A stretch of 63,845 bases of DNA, the filler included, from Bigelowiella natans CCMP2755 (taxonomy: Eukaryota; Protista; Cercozoa): the NCBI GenBank assembly GCA_000320545.1. It is 5 parts of 5 records of this genome, joined end to end, with 100 filler letters (N's around TTAATTAATTAA, not from the genome) between each part and the next. Parts side by side here need not be neighbours in the genome. Positions count along the whole stretch, not along the records: positions 1 to 31,220 come from ADNK01001068.1; positions 31,321 to 40,539 come from ADNK01001837.1; positions 40,640 to 47,502 come from ADNK01000801.1; 2 more parts are not named here. The stretch is one strand, 5' to 3'. This document shows, in pieces, positions 26,071 through 43,639 of the stretch (position 1 is its first letter; every line of letters begins with the position of its first letter). The notes beneath the pieces are model-generated. The model worked only from the letters and a program-made list of their open reading frames with translations, ran no database searches and had not been told where the DNA came from. The translations under genes and the position numbers were made by a program.

Positions 26071-27650
26071 TCATTGTGCTGCTATCGACTGTTGTTCTGC
26101 TTCAGAGACACTTTTTGCCAACCAAACAACTGGTTTTCCGTGAACAAACAACTTTTGGATCTTGGGAAAAAGAAGATAAGAATCAAATGGTCTCGAGATA
26201 GGAACTACAGAGCTCGCTGAGTCACTGTTTTCCCCGTAGCTGCCATTATCTTTGCCGCCGAGGTGACAATATCCGATTGGAGATCCGGCTGAAACGAGCT
26301 GAAAATTGTATGACCCTGCTATCTCACCATCAATAGAGGCCCAATCAAAACCACATTCGTCTAGGAGAATAGCTTCTTCTAGCACAAATTGCTTAAGTGA
26401 CCGCCTAGGCGGTGATGAGGACGACAGAGTGTTCTGGTCTTTTTCGACAGCAGTGGATATAGTGTGTTTAATGTCGACATCGACTTCGCTGGGACAATAA
26501 TTTTCTTCTTCCAACTCCAAGTTAATCTCATCCCTGAGCACTGTGAGTATATCATTTTTAATTGCATTTAGACGGCTCAAGTCGAGAGCCTGGCCCGTTT
26601 CGATGCATATTCCAATTCCGCCATGCATCCCGACGAACTCATCCGTTGCAACTACCTGGTGGATAAGGATGAAAACAGGTGCAACGCAAAGACGGAGAAA
26701 TTAAAGAAACGACGTCACGATGAAAGTTAAGATAGCAATTGTCCGGTCTAGCGGTTGATGTGGAACTTGTTTGCATACACCTCGTGCTCTTTCATATGCA
26801 CATTGCAATCATTTACCTGCCCCCCACCAAGCGTGTATTTTGGATCCAAGAGGACATGCGTAACGCAGCTGAATGAATTCAGAATACCTGTAATTTTCCA
26901 CATGAAGACACGTATGTGTGTACATGTGCGAACGTGTGGAAGTATTAGCACTGACGATAGTGCTCGTTCGCGATGTTCCCCGCGATCCTCGCAAAGCAAG
27001 GGCCCGGCTTATTCGTAGCATGTATGTCAATCAGTAGGTCAGTCTTGCTTAGAATTGGTGCAAGGAATCGTGCCCTTTCCTCCTCGTATGAGGTCGCCGA
27101 CGAGGACGAAGATGATGTCCTAAAGGAAACGCCCGTTCCGCCAAGATTCTTCTCACTAAAACTGCGATTCAGATCTGTGTTCACCCCTGTTGAGCGATGT
27201 CCAGTAGCAACAGCTTCTGGGTTGCCAATAGCCAGATTTAGATTCCCTGTCATCTCATGTAATGCGCCTTGGCCTGTGCATCAAAATACACTGTGCATTG
27301 AGATGATGTAATGGTGCTTCAGGGCTATATTACCTTGCAAAGATTCTAGGCGATCAACGAGCCATTTCACTAACTCTATACCAAGTAGCTCATTTCCATG
27401 AACTCCCCCCATCACTGTGACCTAAGCATAGTCAGCAAGGAGCTCTTTAGTCCTCAGTGTCTACGAAGAGAATGCAAAGAGACAACGAAGGACAGACTTC
27501 TCTGTAGGTCGATTCTCTATGCCGTGAACGTTTCCCCTCATATCTCCACACATGACCGTCCACATCACGATAGCTGCATAATGATCGTCGCCTCGCCCCT
27601 GATCGTTTCCAGAGATTCGACCGAAAGAGTCTCGTCGCCTCGGCTGCCAT
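26071..27650 (-). CDS. Succinylglutamate desuccinylase/aspartoacylase (M14-like Zn hydrolase) family, multi-exon
   Basis: Motifs GGVHGNE (about 27390-27410), GNPEAV, DLNRSF, EEERAR, DLLIDIH and CIETG; Arg-rich N-terminus MAAEATRLFRSNLWKRSGARRR. Confidence 0.8.
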
Positions 27651-28651
27651 TGCAATGCACTTCGGATGGAAATTCCTTTCAATACGAGAAAATATCCAGG
27701 AAATCTCCCCGACATCCTGGATATCCAATTTTATTTCTGGTGGACGATTTTGGGCGATTTTCTGAGTTTCTTTCGGCCAAGCTTGATGATCTTGATCGCT
27801 GGAAGAAGATATCCCATCATCACCCCAAACCGACAACAATATTTGCATGTCTCAGCTTGAAATTATTGTCTTCTTGAATCAGATCGATTCCTGGATGCGG
27901 GAAAGGTGTAGCATTGGGAATAATCGGTTCTTTTAGAAGTTTACGAACACAAAAGCTTGCAAATCCTCGAAATTAACAAGAATATCTCCGGTGGACGTGA
28001 AGTGCAAATCTGCACCCAATTGGCTGCCGAGAAATAAAGGCATTAATAAAATATCAGGGTACAAAGTTTCTTGAAAGATTTAGAATTTAACCTATACGAC
28101 AAATAAATATCTCATGATATTCTCCATTTTCCGGTCAATTTGGCCCATTTCCATCTTTCCAGATGTGATATATAAGAACTTAAAATAACAACGACCGACC
28201 GGCGTCATGAAATGATGGAGGCCAGGGGACTGAAGCTGGTGAGTTCCAAGCGAATTGGCTTGGCTACTGTGTTAGTCTCTTTGACAATCTTCGATCTCGT
28301 CCATTCCTCAAAAAACTATGCATCTACAATATTGCATACGCTCTACTGGACGTGCGTGTGTGAGAGTGCGTGTGTGCATGTAACGTGCATGTGTGCTGAC
28401 TCAAAATTTTAATGCAAACAGGAAGTATAAGAAGAGGCATATCCTTTAACATACGCGGGCAAAGAGGAAGGATAATTGAGAGGAACGTTGAAAATTTTCT
28501 CTTAAACCCAGCTTTGCAGGTGAGAGGTGTATGAGACGGTGTTGTTAGAAGCCAGTGAGAAGGGGGAAATAGTGAGAATGGGGATTAGTGAGGAGACGTT
28601 CCGAGAATATACATGCCTTGAAAAATGCCATAAATATCATTCAGTCGTTAT

Positions 28652-31193
<2,542 letters not shown>

Positions 31194-31220
31194 TAAGGAG
31201 TAGTGTGGGCGTTGTTACGT

Positions 31221-31320
31221 NNNNNNNNNNNNNNNNNNNNNNNNNNNNNNNNNNNNNNNNNNNNTTAATTAATTAANNNNNNNNNNNNNNNNNNNNNNNN
31301 NNNNNNNNNNNNNNNNNNNN
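31221..31320. other. Assembly gap (N run with TTAATTAATTAA spacer)
   Basis: 100-bp N block; the same structure recurs at the other three gaps. Confidence 0.97.
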
Positions 31321-31353
31321 CCCTCCCTTCCTCTTCTCTCTCCTCTCTCTTCC

Positions 31354-31401
<48 letters not shown>

Positions 31402-31452
31402 TGTGCGGTCGTACACTTTTGACGAGAAGAGATTGACCAATGCACACCACAG

Positions 31453-33345
<1,893 letters not shown>

Positions 33346-33483
33346 GGACTGTGAAACTTGCTTCTCAATGATGGCCTGCTCTCATTGCGCTGCGTGCGTT
33401 GTGTGCCGATGAGTAGCGCAGCGAACTGTCACCGTTGAATTGAACACCCAGTTTTGCCATTATTCTCTATCCATTATATCATG

Positions 33484-33523
<40 letters not shown>

Positions 33524-34846
33524 TTGTGTGTGTGTGTGTATTTCATTATATAGTTTGCCAATGGTACTAATATCATTTGAGCGACACCACACCTCACATA
33601 CAGACATACACACAAATGCATACATACGATACTTGCATGACACCCTTCATGCACATCATAATAATCATATCTATCAGGTCCAACAGCATCACAGAATCGG
33701 ACAGCAATAACCTCTCGCGTTCGCCGTCAAACGAAGCTTTGAACTGATGATAATAGAGTGCTGTTAAGTCGCTTATAATAGATAAAAGCTACCATACTGC
33801 TACGATGCGCGTAGCCACGATGCTCAGTGTATGTTATAGAGCCTAATGGCTATAACGTGTGCATGCCATGTGCAGTATGTGTATGTATGTGCAGAACAGC
33901 TCACGCAGACCACGCGTACCAGCATGACGTGCTGCATACGCTGCGTTGGCATGAAGGCATACGCATGGCATACGTACATGTAAATGCGTGTGGAACTACG
34001 ATACAGTCTACACAATGTAAGTGCTACATGCATCATCTAAAGCATTGCACACTGATATAGACTGTTGCTGCACGCATATACGCACAAGTGCTAGATACGA
34101 GACAGTGTGTCTTGTGTGACTTGTAGACTGTGGCATTTATTGTGCTTTTCTGTGTGTGACAATGCTAGAATGACAACATAGCAGCTGCATGACAACGCTC
34201 CGACGCACATGCATACAGAGGGGATGTACGTACGTGCTAGCGTGGTCATCATTAATCATGAGTTTGTACTAGCTGCGTTCTTGCACATGCTAGCATGCAC
34301 ATCTAGATATCATTGCCAGCGATTGCTAGCTAGTTTGTTTTAAGATTCCAGAGATTTCGTAGTGCATGAGCGCGCGTAGCATTGATAGAGTGAACAAACA
34401 TGTAATTACAAACATCTCTATTTATTGCAGTTAGTTAGGTGCGATATGATCTAGGCTATTTTCATTTATATGTCCGACTATCTACCGTACCTATCTAGCT
34501 ATGCATGCTGTTGCATACATTTTTATCTAGTTATGTACGTGCTGTCCAGATGTATGTGTGCATCCAGATCTATACGCAAAGATCTTAGAGAAGTATGCTA
34601 TGCGAGCAAAAATCGGAAACTGATCATAGGCTATTGCGCGCGGAAGTATGTATATAGCGCATGGAGATAGACATACTGTCAGCATATTTCTTATTACGGG
34701 GATACCCTTCCAGTATCAGAAAGTTTTTACAATGTTATCCAACATTTAGAGAAATTTCACAAGTGAAGCTAACCGTTTAGCTAGTATCTACTTATCATAA
34801 TCCCTATGTAAACTTAGCTATAAGTTCCCATCATCCTCCATAAAAT

Positions 34847-35487
34847 CTACTCAGTTGCGACAGCAGCCACAGGTTTTGTGTACACACTACGTTCTGTGAC
34901 CTTCACGTTTGAGTGGTGAATAGGGTGCTCAATTTGAATAATTGCCCCCGTTTCATCCTCTCCCTGTGGTCTCTGATGTTTGGTTTTAAGATTCACGTCC
35001 TTCACAAGGACGTAACCAGACTTGCGGTAGACACGAGTTATTTCGCTCTCCTTTCCCTTATCACCTCCCGAGATCACCTTGACCTTGTCTCCAACCTTCA
35101 TCGACCATTTTCTTGGAGGATCTGGCTTACGTCTAGGCTGAAACTTGAATCGGCGGTGGAAGTTTACAGCGGTGCGGGATCCTGTGCAAGGAGCAGCTAG
35201 GCCGGTGGCGGCAGGTGCGCGCACCATCATCATTCCTACATCCTGTTCATGTTGTTGCGTTCGGCCTAGAATACACAGTATTTCTCAAATAATAGTCTCT
35301 CGGCAATGGTTTTATATTTTCAACTGTATCATTTCATGTGCGTTTGTCATTCTCCTTCACGTACCCCCCCTTCGGTGATGGGGGGCATGTTACAAGAATT
35401 TGGGCGAGGTATACCGAGGAGGGCGACGAGAACTACTGCAGCTAGGACAATGTTGAGAGCCAGCGAGGCGATGGTGGTAGTCTTCAT
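34847..35487 (-). CDS. rpl24: Plastid ribosomal protein uL24c with bipartite targeting leader; exons 35487-35415 and 35265-34847
   Basis: KVGDKVKVISGGDKGK KOW motif and IEHPIHHSNV; the spliced N-terminus MKTTTIASLALNIVLAAVVLVALLGRTQQ... gives a signal peptide followed by a transit-like peptide. Confidence 0.92.
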
Positions 35488-35832
35488 TGTGTCTATCACT
35501 CTTGCCTCTTGGTTGCGAAAGGGTGGGGGGATGGCACAGGAGTGGTGTCCACACGCCACAGCACGGCTGATTTAGAGACGAAAAAATATTTCCGTGGTAA
35601 CTCCGTACAATTACTATACACGACAAATAAATACTGTTTGTCGCATTATGTAAATCAAGGAGATCGTTGCAGCAGATCCGCTGAGGTTAATCTCCGCCTC
35701 CAATTTGCCATGTCGCAGGATAAAAATCCGAACTTTATCCGGTGATTTTCAATCCCGGGATTACATAAAAATCCCTGTTGAATCCCGGGCGAGCCAAATT
35801 TATCGGGGAAATCTCGGAGTTATTAAACAACC

Positions 35833-38120
35833 ATGGCTTCAGGTGAGGCGGGGGGGGTGCATAAGGCTTAGAGCCCTATGTTTTTATAATGCAACTATGG
35901 CTGGGTGAACCTTCGAGGTGTGATATTGGTTGGGACGATAATTTCTTTTCCCCGGCAGTTTTGTGGGCTGGGGGTATGTTTGCTGCAGATATTACCTGCA
36001 TTTGGGTGTTGGTCAATGACGAACATCTCCTCAGAGCTGACTAGGCATAATCATAAAAAACAGACGATGAATCGGGATCTAGCGGCGACGATCTTCCCAC
36101 CAAAATCGAGGGGCCTCAGCCAAAGCAGGCGATTAAGGGTGGGAAGAAGCGCCCGTCCAAAGCTGAGCGACAAAAGGATAGACGAGATCTCCGTAAGTAC
36201 GTCAACAAACAGAGGACGCTGATATTTGCGTCACGTGGCATCACGCATCGCGACCGGCACTTCATGGCAGATTTGAGAGATCTGCTGCCGCACAGTAAAA
36301 AGGACGTGAAGTTCGATTCTAAGGCCAAGCTCTATTTGGTCAACGAAGTGGCTGAGATGAAGAACTGCAACAACTGCATATTCTTCGAGGCCAGGAAGGG
36401 CAAGGTTACATCACTGCAGTGTACATACAGTAGTATATCTTTTATCGCGCATATCCTGCAATGTTTTTAAAGAAATAGCCTGAGAAACGAAAAGGAAGTC
36501 CGATTTGTTCAATGTAAACACGGGGTCGGATGTAATTTTTATGTTAATGTAGGACTTATACATGTGGATGTCTCGTATTCCCTCGGGACCAAGCGTCAAA
36601 TTTCTTGTCGAAAACTGTAAGTGAATAGTGCATATAATTGTGATTGTATATTGCTCTCCCATTCTGTCTCTCTCCTCCCCCAGCCGCCCCCCCCCTCCTC
36701 TGTGTGTGTCTGCAAGATACCATAATGTCATCGGAAAGGTTTACCCACTCTTTTACATTTACTTAGTGCACACGATGTCTGAGCTAAAATTGACTGGGAA
36801 CTGCCTCAAAGGGTATATACAAGTGCTTATGTAAAGTACATGATTTATGCATATATATATATATATATATATTAAATGATTTTTTATTTATTTATATGCA
36901 TACCATCGTTTCACTAAGCATGCAACCTTGATCCCCTCTTCCCTACCTCAGTTCGCGACCACTGCTGCTTTTTGATAAGAACTTTGATGAAAGCCCTGCC
37001 TTCCGCCTTCTGAAGGAGATGCTAACACAGGTGACAGAATCCTCGTGTTGGTTATTATATCGTCGCAGTTAAAGCTCGAACACCCACTTCATAGATATTG
37101 TTATCGATTCTTTCCTACCAATGTTATATCACAGGTGCTCGGCAGCCCAAAGGGACACCCGAAGGTAGTAAATATAGCCAAAATATATATAATGAGGCAT
37201 CCATGACAGCGCAGCTTTTTGACAACTACATCCGTTTTTGATAATAAAGGTCAAGCCGTTTATCGACCACCAGTTCTCGTTCTTCCTGCAGGATAATCGC
37301 ATCTGGTTCCGAAACTATCAGGTGTCTTTTAAATGCGCTTGTTAGAACACAAGACAGATGCATTTTGCAAACGAATCCGATGTTGACGATGGGAGAGAAC
37401 GGCGGAAGAAGTGATGAAACCAATAAATTAACCAAGATCTGTTCTGACTGAGGACTCGCAATCCTCATTTATGATGCAGAAAATTGAATCTGATTTCAAG
37501 CCGACTCTCCTCCATCGACATAACCTTTGCGTGCCGTGCATGATGACTTTTCCTATGAAATCTCTATAGCTTACAACTTGTATATTTTGTTGCCTTTTTC
37601 AATCCCGCCCTCGCCGTCCTCCACCCCTCTCGTATTGTCGCAGCTGGTAAAGTCGGATGACAAAGGCAGCCAAGAAGTAGATACACTAGTGGAGATCGGT
37701 CCTAGATTCTGCCTCAACCCTGTTCGAATTCTCTCGTAAGAAATAACATCAGAGAGAAAATTAAGAGAGTTGTTGTGGACGTGTATTTGCGAACACAAAT
37801 CCCATCTTTGCGTCTCTACACTAAACATCCTAACAAGCTTTGATCGATTTACAGGGGCAGTTTCGGTGGAACGACGCTGTGGCAAAATCCAGATTTTGTC
37901 ACACCGAATAGGATGCGAGCAATGCGTAAACGTGGCAAGCAGGACGTCGTGCGGGAACGCCGGGACCAGGTCCTCAATTATTATGTGTAGAATAGGGAAT
38001 GGAAGTTACTCTTTTAGATGTCTTATTAATGGTTTGCTTTCCAATGTACAGATGAAGAAGCGCAAAAAACACAAGGCAAAGCACTTCATAGGCGAGGACG
38101 AACTGGACCTCGTTTTCTAA
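35833..38120 (+). CDS. BRX1: Ribosome biogenesis protein BRX1 (Brix domain), multi-exon; 10-nt first exon 35833-35842
   Basis: NKQRTLIFASRGITHRDRHFMADLRDLLPHSKKD, EMKNCNNCIFFEARK, GPSVKF, ELKLTGNCLKG, KPFIDH, IWFRNYQ and LVEIGPRFCLNP. Confidence 0.92.
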
Positions 38121-38199
38121 GTCTTCTCTTATTTGCATCGCATTCATTGAAACTGCGCGTCTGTGTCTTTATTTCAAGTTTTAATGAAGAGGATTTCGG

Positions 38200-38990
38200 A
38201 CAAATTGATGCCACGGTCGGCATGTATTGTTCATGCTAGCATGTTGCCACATGTGACATTTTGTGGGATGTGAAAAATGATGTGCGCACGCCGTGATCAT
38301 TACACACCCAAAGAATTGAGACAAACTCGCTGCGTCCCATCTAGCCATGCATGATATATATAATGGTCCTACTCCCTAAATTGAAGATCTTGTGCATGCA
38401 GGGCGTTTTTGCGAAATTCGTGACTTTTCATTCACATCGTTGTATGTCACATTGCGATTGTCGTTCGGAACGATGGTCATTTTGGAAATGTAGCTCATCA
38501 TCATTGTTCATTGTTCATTATTCATGCACACACATGGAGGCATGAGCATTGAACCATGCCAGCATGCGATTGTCCTTGCTAGCTTGCTGGCCACATGCAG
38601 TGATGAGCGCGCTGAGCCAGCAGCCAGTGGTGGCATCATTCAGCACAAGCAATTGCGCAATGTGAATGCATCCGCCGCCATCATCAGAGTTGCTGTGGCC
38701 AGCTTGCTCTGCTAGCTAGCATGCTAGCTCTGCTAGTCTGCCATGCCAGCTAGCTGTCCGATCCAGCGCAAGTTTTGTGTCGAGTTCAGTGCGACACAGC
38801 TAGACAGCTAGCTAGCTAGGTGTGGATTCTGGGACATGCCAGCACGCGACGCGCTACATTGTGTTGTTCCATCAAAAGTCCCTTTCGTGTTGGGATCACT
38901 GCGGGGGTCCATTCTCACACTTTTCACGCTGCGGCCGAGTTCTCCAACAACGTGACACACGGCATCGTTGTCGGATGGCAAGCTAGCAAG
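38200..38990. repeat. Partly TpA-depleted intergenic tract, probable TE remnant
   Basis: Rich in CATG/TGCA; most remaining TAs in 38520-38990 are in CTAG or GCTA context. Confidence 0.35.
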
Positions 38991-39267
38991 AGTGGCGGCC
39001 TCGGAAAGTTCGTTCTCTCCAGAGAAACAAGGGCGCTCGCTGCTCAGCCTGCAGCCGAGGGAAGAAGGAAAGAAAGAGAGAAATGTGTGTCTTCAAGCAA
39101 GGAAGAAGAAGAAGATGAAGAAGAAAAAGAAGACCCCATTCAAATTTGGCGGGAACGCCATGCGGTCAATCGAGGAGAAATCCCAGCTGAAATGCCCTAC
39201 ACTTATAAATCTGCGACATGAAAAATCCTTGTCGCAAATATAAATACGACTGTGTCCCGGAGCCACA

Positions 39268-40407
39268 ATGGAGGTCGAGGGCGAGCATCGGGACGAGGAC
39301 ATGCGGCACGGGGAAGAACAGGGGGATGCGAAGGATGGCATAGAAGGGCGAGGGGGCGAAGAAGAGAAGGATGAGGATGAGGATGAGGACGAGGACGAGG
39401 ACGGGGAATTAGAAGATGAGTTTACGGTGCTCAATGAGTTCCAGCTCCCAGGAGCAGTCCACGATCTCTTATGGTGCCCGACGATGGACCTCCTTCTCCT
39501 GCAAACGAAGAAAGGGGATGTCTCCGTTTACCGCATCTCACCCGGGCAACGTATCGCCTCCATTCGCAAGTCGGATGAATCGGAGCGGGACAGGATTGCG
39601 ACGCTCTGCTGGAAGCACGATGGAAGGCAAATCGCGGTGGCGCACTCCAACGGTCAGATACATCTACACGACGTCGTAAAGAACGAGGATAGCTCTCGCG
39701 GGGTAGACAAGAACGAAGTTGCACTTTCTCGCGCTCACAAACAGCCTCTGTGCTCCCTCCAGTGGGTTCCCGCCGCCGGCAGCTGTGGAAAGCGGAACGG
39801 TGCAGATGATAGTACTATTGAGAATAGCAACACCAAAAGTATCATCAATAGCAGCAGCAGCAGCAGTAGCAGCAGCAGCATGGACGAATCAATTACCAGC
39901 TACGATAAAAGCATGCTTCAATCCACATTCACGTCTGCCAAGCTGAAGTTGGAGGACCGCACGCCGGAGATATTCCGCTCGTTGCCGGTCTGCAAAGATA
40001 TGCCTTCCTCCTCTTCTGTCTCAGCACACGAGACGATGATGTCGCACAACAAGGGCAACAACGCCGAGGTTATACGCAAACAACACGCACAACACAACAC
40101 ACACGAATTGGTATATCGTTCATAATTAACGCGCCACCTTTTTTGAAGTAGAAGTGCCCATTGTGTGCTGCCATTTTTGTTGTTTATGTTGCTGTCATTG
40201 TTGTTGTTATTGAAAGGTGGAGCTCCGGCCTCACCGAGGGCAGCTGAACTACCTAGTCAGTGGTGACGAGGGTAGGATTGTGCAAGTGCGGGGGTTCGGG
40301 CTGCTGACTCTTCTCACCATTGACCTCAACCTGGTTGGTTACCTCTAAGTTAAAAAAGGAGACGCATACACTCACTCACTCAATCACTCGCACACAAATA
40401 TACACAA

Positions 40408-40446
<39 letters not shown>

Positions 40447-40539
40447 ACATATTATATATACACATATAAACTAGGTTCCCGAGATGCGCGAGGCCCAGAT
40501 AGATGCTTGCGGATTGTCAGGAGACTCTCGGAGATTAAT
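39268..40539 (+). CDS. APC4: Anaphase-promoting complex subunit 4, N-terminal WD40 region; runs into a gap
   Basis: LLWCPTMDLLLL...GDVSVYR...IATLCWKHDGRQIAVAHSNGQIHLHDV matches the ANAPC4 WD40 N-terminus; a later exon encodes LLVSGDEGRIV...FGLL. Confidence 0.8.
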
Positions 40540-40639
40540 NNNNNNNNNNNNNNNNNNNNNNNNNNNNNNNNNNNNNNNNNNNNTTAATTAATTAANNNNN
40601 NNNNNNNNNNNNNNNNNNNNNNNNNNNNNNNNNNNNNNN
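40540..40639. other. Assembly gap (N run with TTAATTAATTAA spacer)
   Basis: 100-bp N block. Confidence 0.97.
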
Positions 40640-40685
40640 GCATCGTTTATGAAGTACTTCAGGCTCGTCAAAACGTACGTGTGTG

Positions 40686-40731
<46 letters not shown>

Positions 40732-41044
40732 CAATGCTCGTGGAGGGAGGGACTGGTGCTCCTGCACTTCTTTTCTTCTCCTCCCACCTTCTGCATCGTG
40801 TCTTTGGATAATTCTCGAGTCGTCAAAACAACAGTCATAACAACAGAAAATAACAGGGGGGTGGGGGGGGGGGGGGGGAGGAATTGGCTCTTAGTCTAAG
40901 CGAGAAGCATGCGCTGTTGCGAGTGAACATTGGCCTGTTGGTATCTTCCATATGTACAGAGGGGACGTTGGAATGACTTTCACGGAAAAGCAGCCATTCT
41001 TCGTCTACCAGGTGCAACCTGTAGCCCTGTGCGCCCTCAGAATT

Positions 41045-41092
<48 letters not shown>

Positions 41093-42179
41093 TTACCGAT
41101 CGTCCTCGTTGTCGTCGTTGTACCTCCTAAGCGTGTGAAACCCTGGGACGGCGTCGGAGAATCCAAGTTATCTTGGCGTAAACAGCAGGTGCAGTTGGGG
41201 TGCTTTGGGTGGTCATTAGCAAATGAGTTATAACGAGTTTGATGCATGCCGCATCTAGAGAGCGTTTTCGTGTTTCTCTTGTTCTTGTTGCTACGCAACT
41301 TCTGCTGATGCTTGTTTTGTGGTGTTTAACACACAGAAAGCGGCTGCTAGTTTGACGATGAGCAGCTGCGAGGACCGGAACAATAACGTCGCGATGTGAT
41401 GAGCATTTGTGCAGTTGCAGCAGTAGTAGGCTAGTACTAGTACATGGTAGCTATGCGTGTAAACGCCGAAATACAGCTCGTCGAAAAATGAATTGTAGCG
41501 AGCTAGCCTTGCTCGTATACGTCCATCTCAACAATGCATTGCGCCGCGCGCGGCTAATTTTGAGTGAGTGACAAAGCAAATAGCAGCTGCTGCCATGCAT
41601 GCATGCATGACGATAGCTGTCACATGGACCAATCGATCTAGCAATTCTGGAATGAAGCTGTGCTCTAGCTGTCTTCGATGTGTAGGGACCTACATACAGG
41701 TCCACATGCATCATGCGTGTAAATTGTCTGTGACATGTGTATCTTATAATCTACCACTTCATATACACATGTACCTCCAACCTCATGTGTAGCACAAACT
41801 AGCAAAGCACGTCTAGACGTGTAGGGACCTACAAAGGTCCACATGGATGAGAGTGCATACATGCGCATGCTATGCACAGTTATACGTTGTGTGCGTGCAT
41901 GACAAGAAATGAATTGGACGTACTACACATACCGAGCATGAGACTGCTGGTGCATGCTGATAAATGAATGGATGTGAACATGTGCGCATGATGGCTTTAT
42001 TGTGACGGCACAGTATCACATTGCATGCGCGCTATGATGAACTAATAATAAACACGCTACTACACACGTCTTTATTTTGCATGCCATGATACGATACGAT
42101 CTGCCACAGGCAGATATGCATGCTGTGCTAGTTGGCGTAACAGTGGCTGGCTTATCGTTGCCATACATAGCACTTAATT

Positions 42180-42223
<44 letters not shown>

Positions 42224-42552
42224 TGTGCGCATATTCCACTGAGCCCTGCGTTCAGGATGCGTGAGTTGCGTGAATCGATTAACTTGCTGAGTTGCATTGA
42301 ATATTTTTTGGTACGAGAAGAGTGCGTAGGTATGCACACGCGAACAAAATCATGATAATATAAACAACTGATATTGTAAAAAGTTATGAAAATCCTACTC
42401 CGCCATCATAAGGATCTTGTACTGTGCGATTCTTGGTGGGTTTCTAAGTTTCGGGTTCCATCGCATTCCTTAGAGCTTCGGCGTTCGTTCCAAAGGGCAG
42501 GGCATCCACCCAGATTTTTGAACGATCCAACGGCGATTGAGTTTGGAAATTT

Positions 42553-43116
42553 CTAGGGGAAAGCTGCATCGGTGGACATGATTATACCTACAATCACACC
42601 GAACAAGCCCAGAGCACTCCCAAAGATCTCGACGATGAGCATTTTCACGAACATGGACTCCTCTTGCGCGTGGGCCAACGCGCAACCACTTCCAGTAATG
42701 CCGACACAAACACCACAAGCAAGATTTGAGAGCCCAACTGTGACCCCGGACCAGAAGATCCCGTAGCCAGCGAAGTACATGTCGGTTGTGAGTTCATCAC
42801 AGGTCATCACGTCAGCATCTCCGCCACTACCGTACTTGCTGATGAGGATAATCGACATGATAACCCCGTAAATTGCAACGGCCTCGCAAAAAATGATACT
42901 TATTAAGTTTTTGGAGCGAATGCGAGGGGCCTTTACTGAGGCTCCCACCAAGCTTCCACCAGTAAGCAGAATTCCCCATGCAGCCCCGATAACAGAAAGG
43001 CCAATTGACAATCCGATTCCTACAGCGGCCCATGATTGTGGATTGACACATCCAATAATCTCTCCCCACCCATTTTGTTCCAGCGCGGTGCTATTCACCC
43101 AAGTGTGAAGGGACAT
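42553..43116 (-). CDS. VMA16: V-type ATPase proteolipid subunit c'' (21 kDa), intronless
   Basis: [63 protein letters not shown] and [18 protein letters not shown]. Confidence 0.95.
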   Translation of the reverse strand: MSLHTWVNSTALEQNGWGEIIGCVNPQSWAAVGIGLSIGLSVIGAAWGILLTGGSLVGASVKAPRIRSKNLISIIFCEAVAIYGVIMSIILISKYGSGGDADVMTCDELTTDMYFAGYGIFWSGVTVGLSNLACGVCVGITGSGCALAHAQEESMFVKMLIVEIFGSALGLFGVIVGIIMSTDAAFP

Positions 43117-43639
43117 GACGATTTCTGATCAGCTTTGTTACCCTCGTCTCTGTCCTCGCCTAGTAAGAGATAAATTAGCACAAGTGTGAGTGAAATTTAT
43201 ATAATTATATGGTATTTTTATAATGCGACAATCAAGATATTACTTAATTTTCTGTTAATTGTACCGTTTCTTCACCTTTAAAAATTCGCGGTAAAATACC
43301 TCTTCCTTCCAAACAAATCCCGCACCAATGGACGAAATCCTGTCCTATTTTGGAGCCCATAATACCCTAGAGATATCGATATTGTATTGACTCCGCAACT
43401 TAGAATAGAGTTGCAACGCCGCAGCAGAGAAGTACTTCCTTATACGGGAGAATACCTAAAAAAACCGCCTAGTTGCTACCAACCAACTGGAAGGTGTGTT
43501 CGCCGAACAGTTTCACTAATCAACGCATGTCTCATCAGCGAAAAGGAGGGAGATTCGGTTTAAATGTACCTGCGACTTCATATCGTTGTCGTGTGTATCT
43601 CAGATCCCCTTAAATACATAATTGCGACAAGAGGATAGT

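Noticed and set aside
31265-31276. TTAATTAATTAA motif recurring four times
   Set aside because: Artificial scaffolding spacer inside N gaps, with stops in all frames.
40640-41400. Exon-like pieces after the second gap
   Set aside because: Cannot tell whether they belong to APC4 or to another gene because the gap size is unknown.
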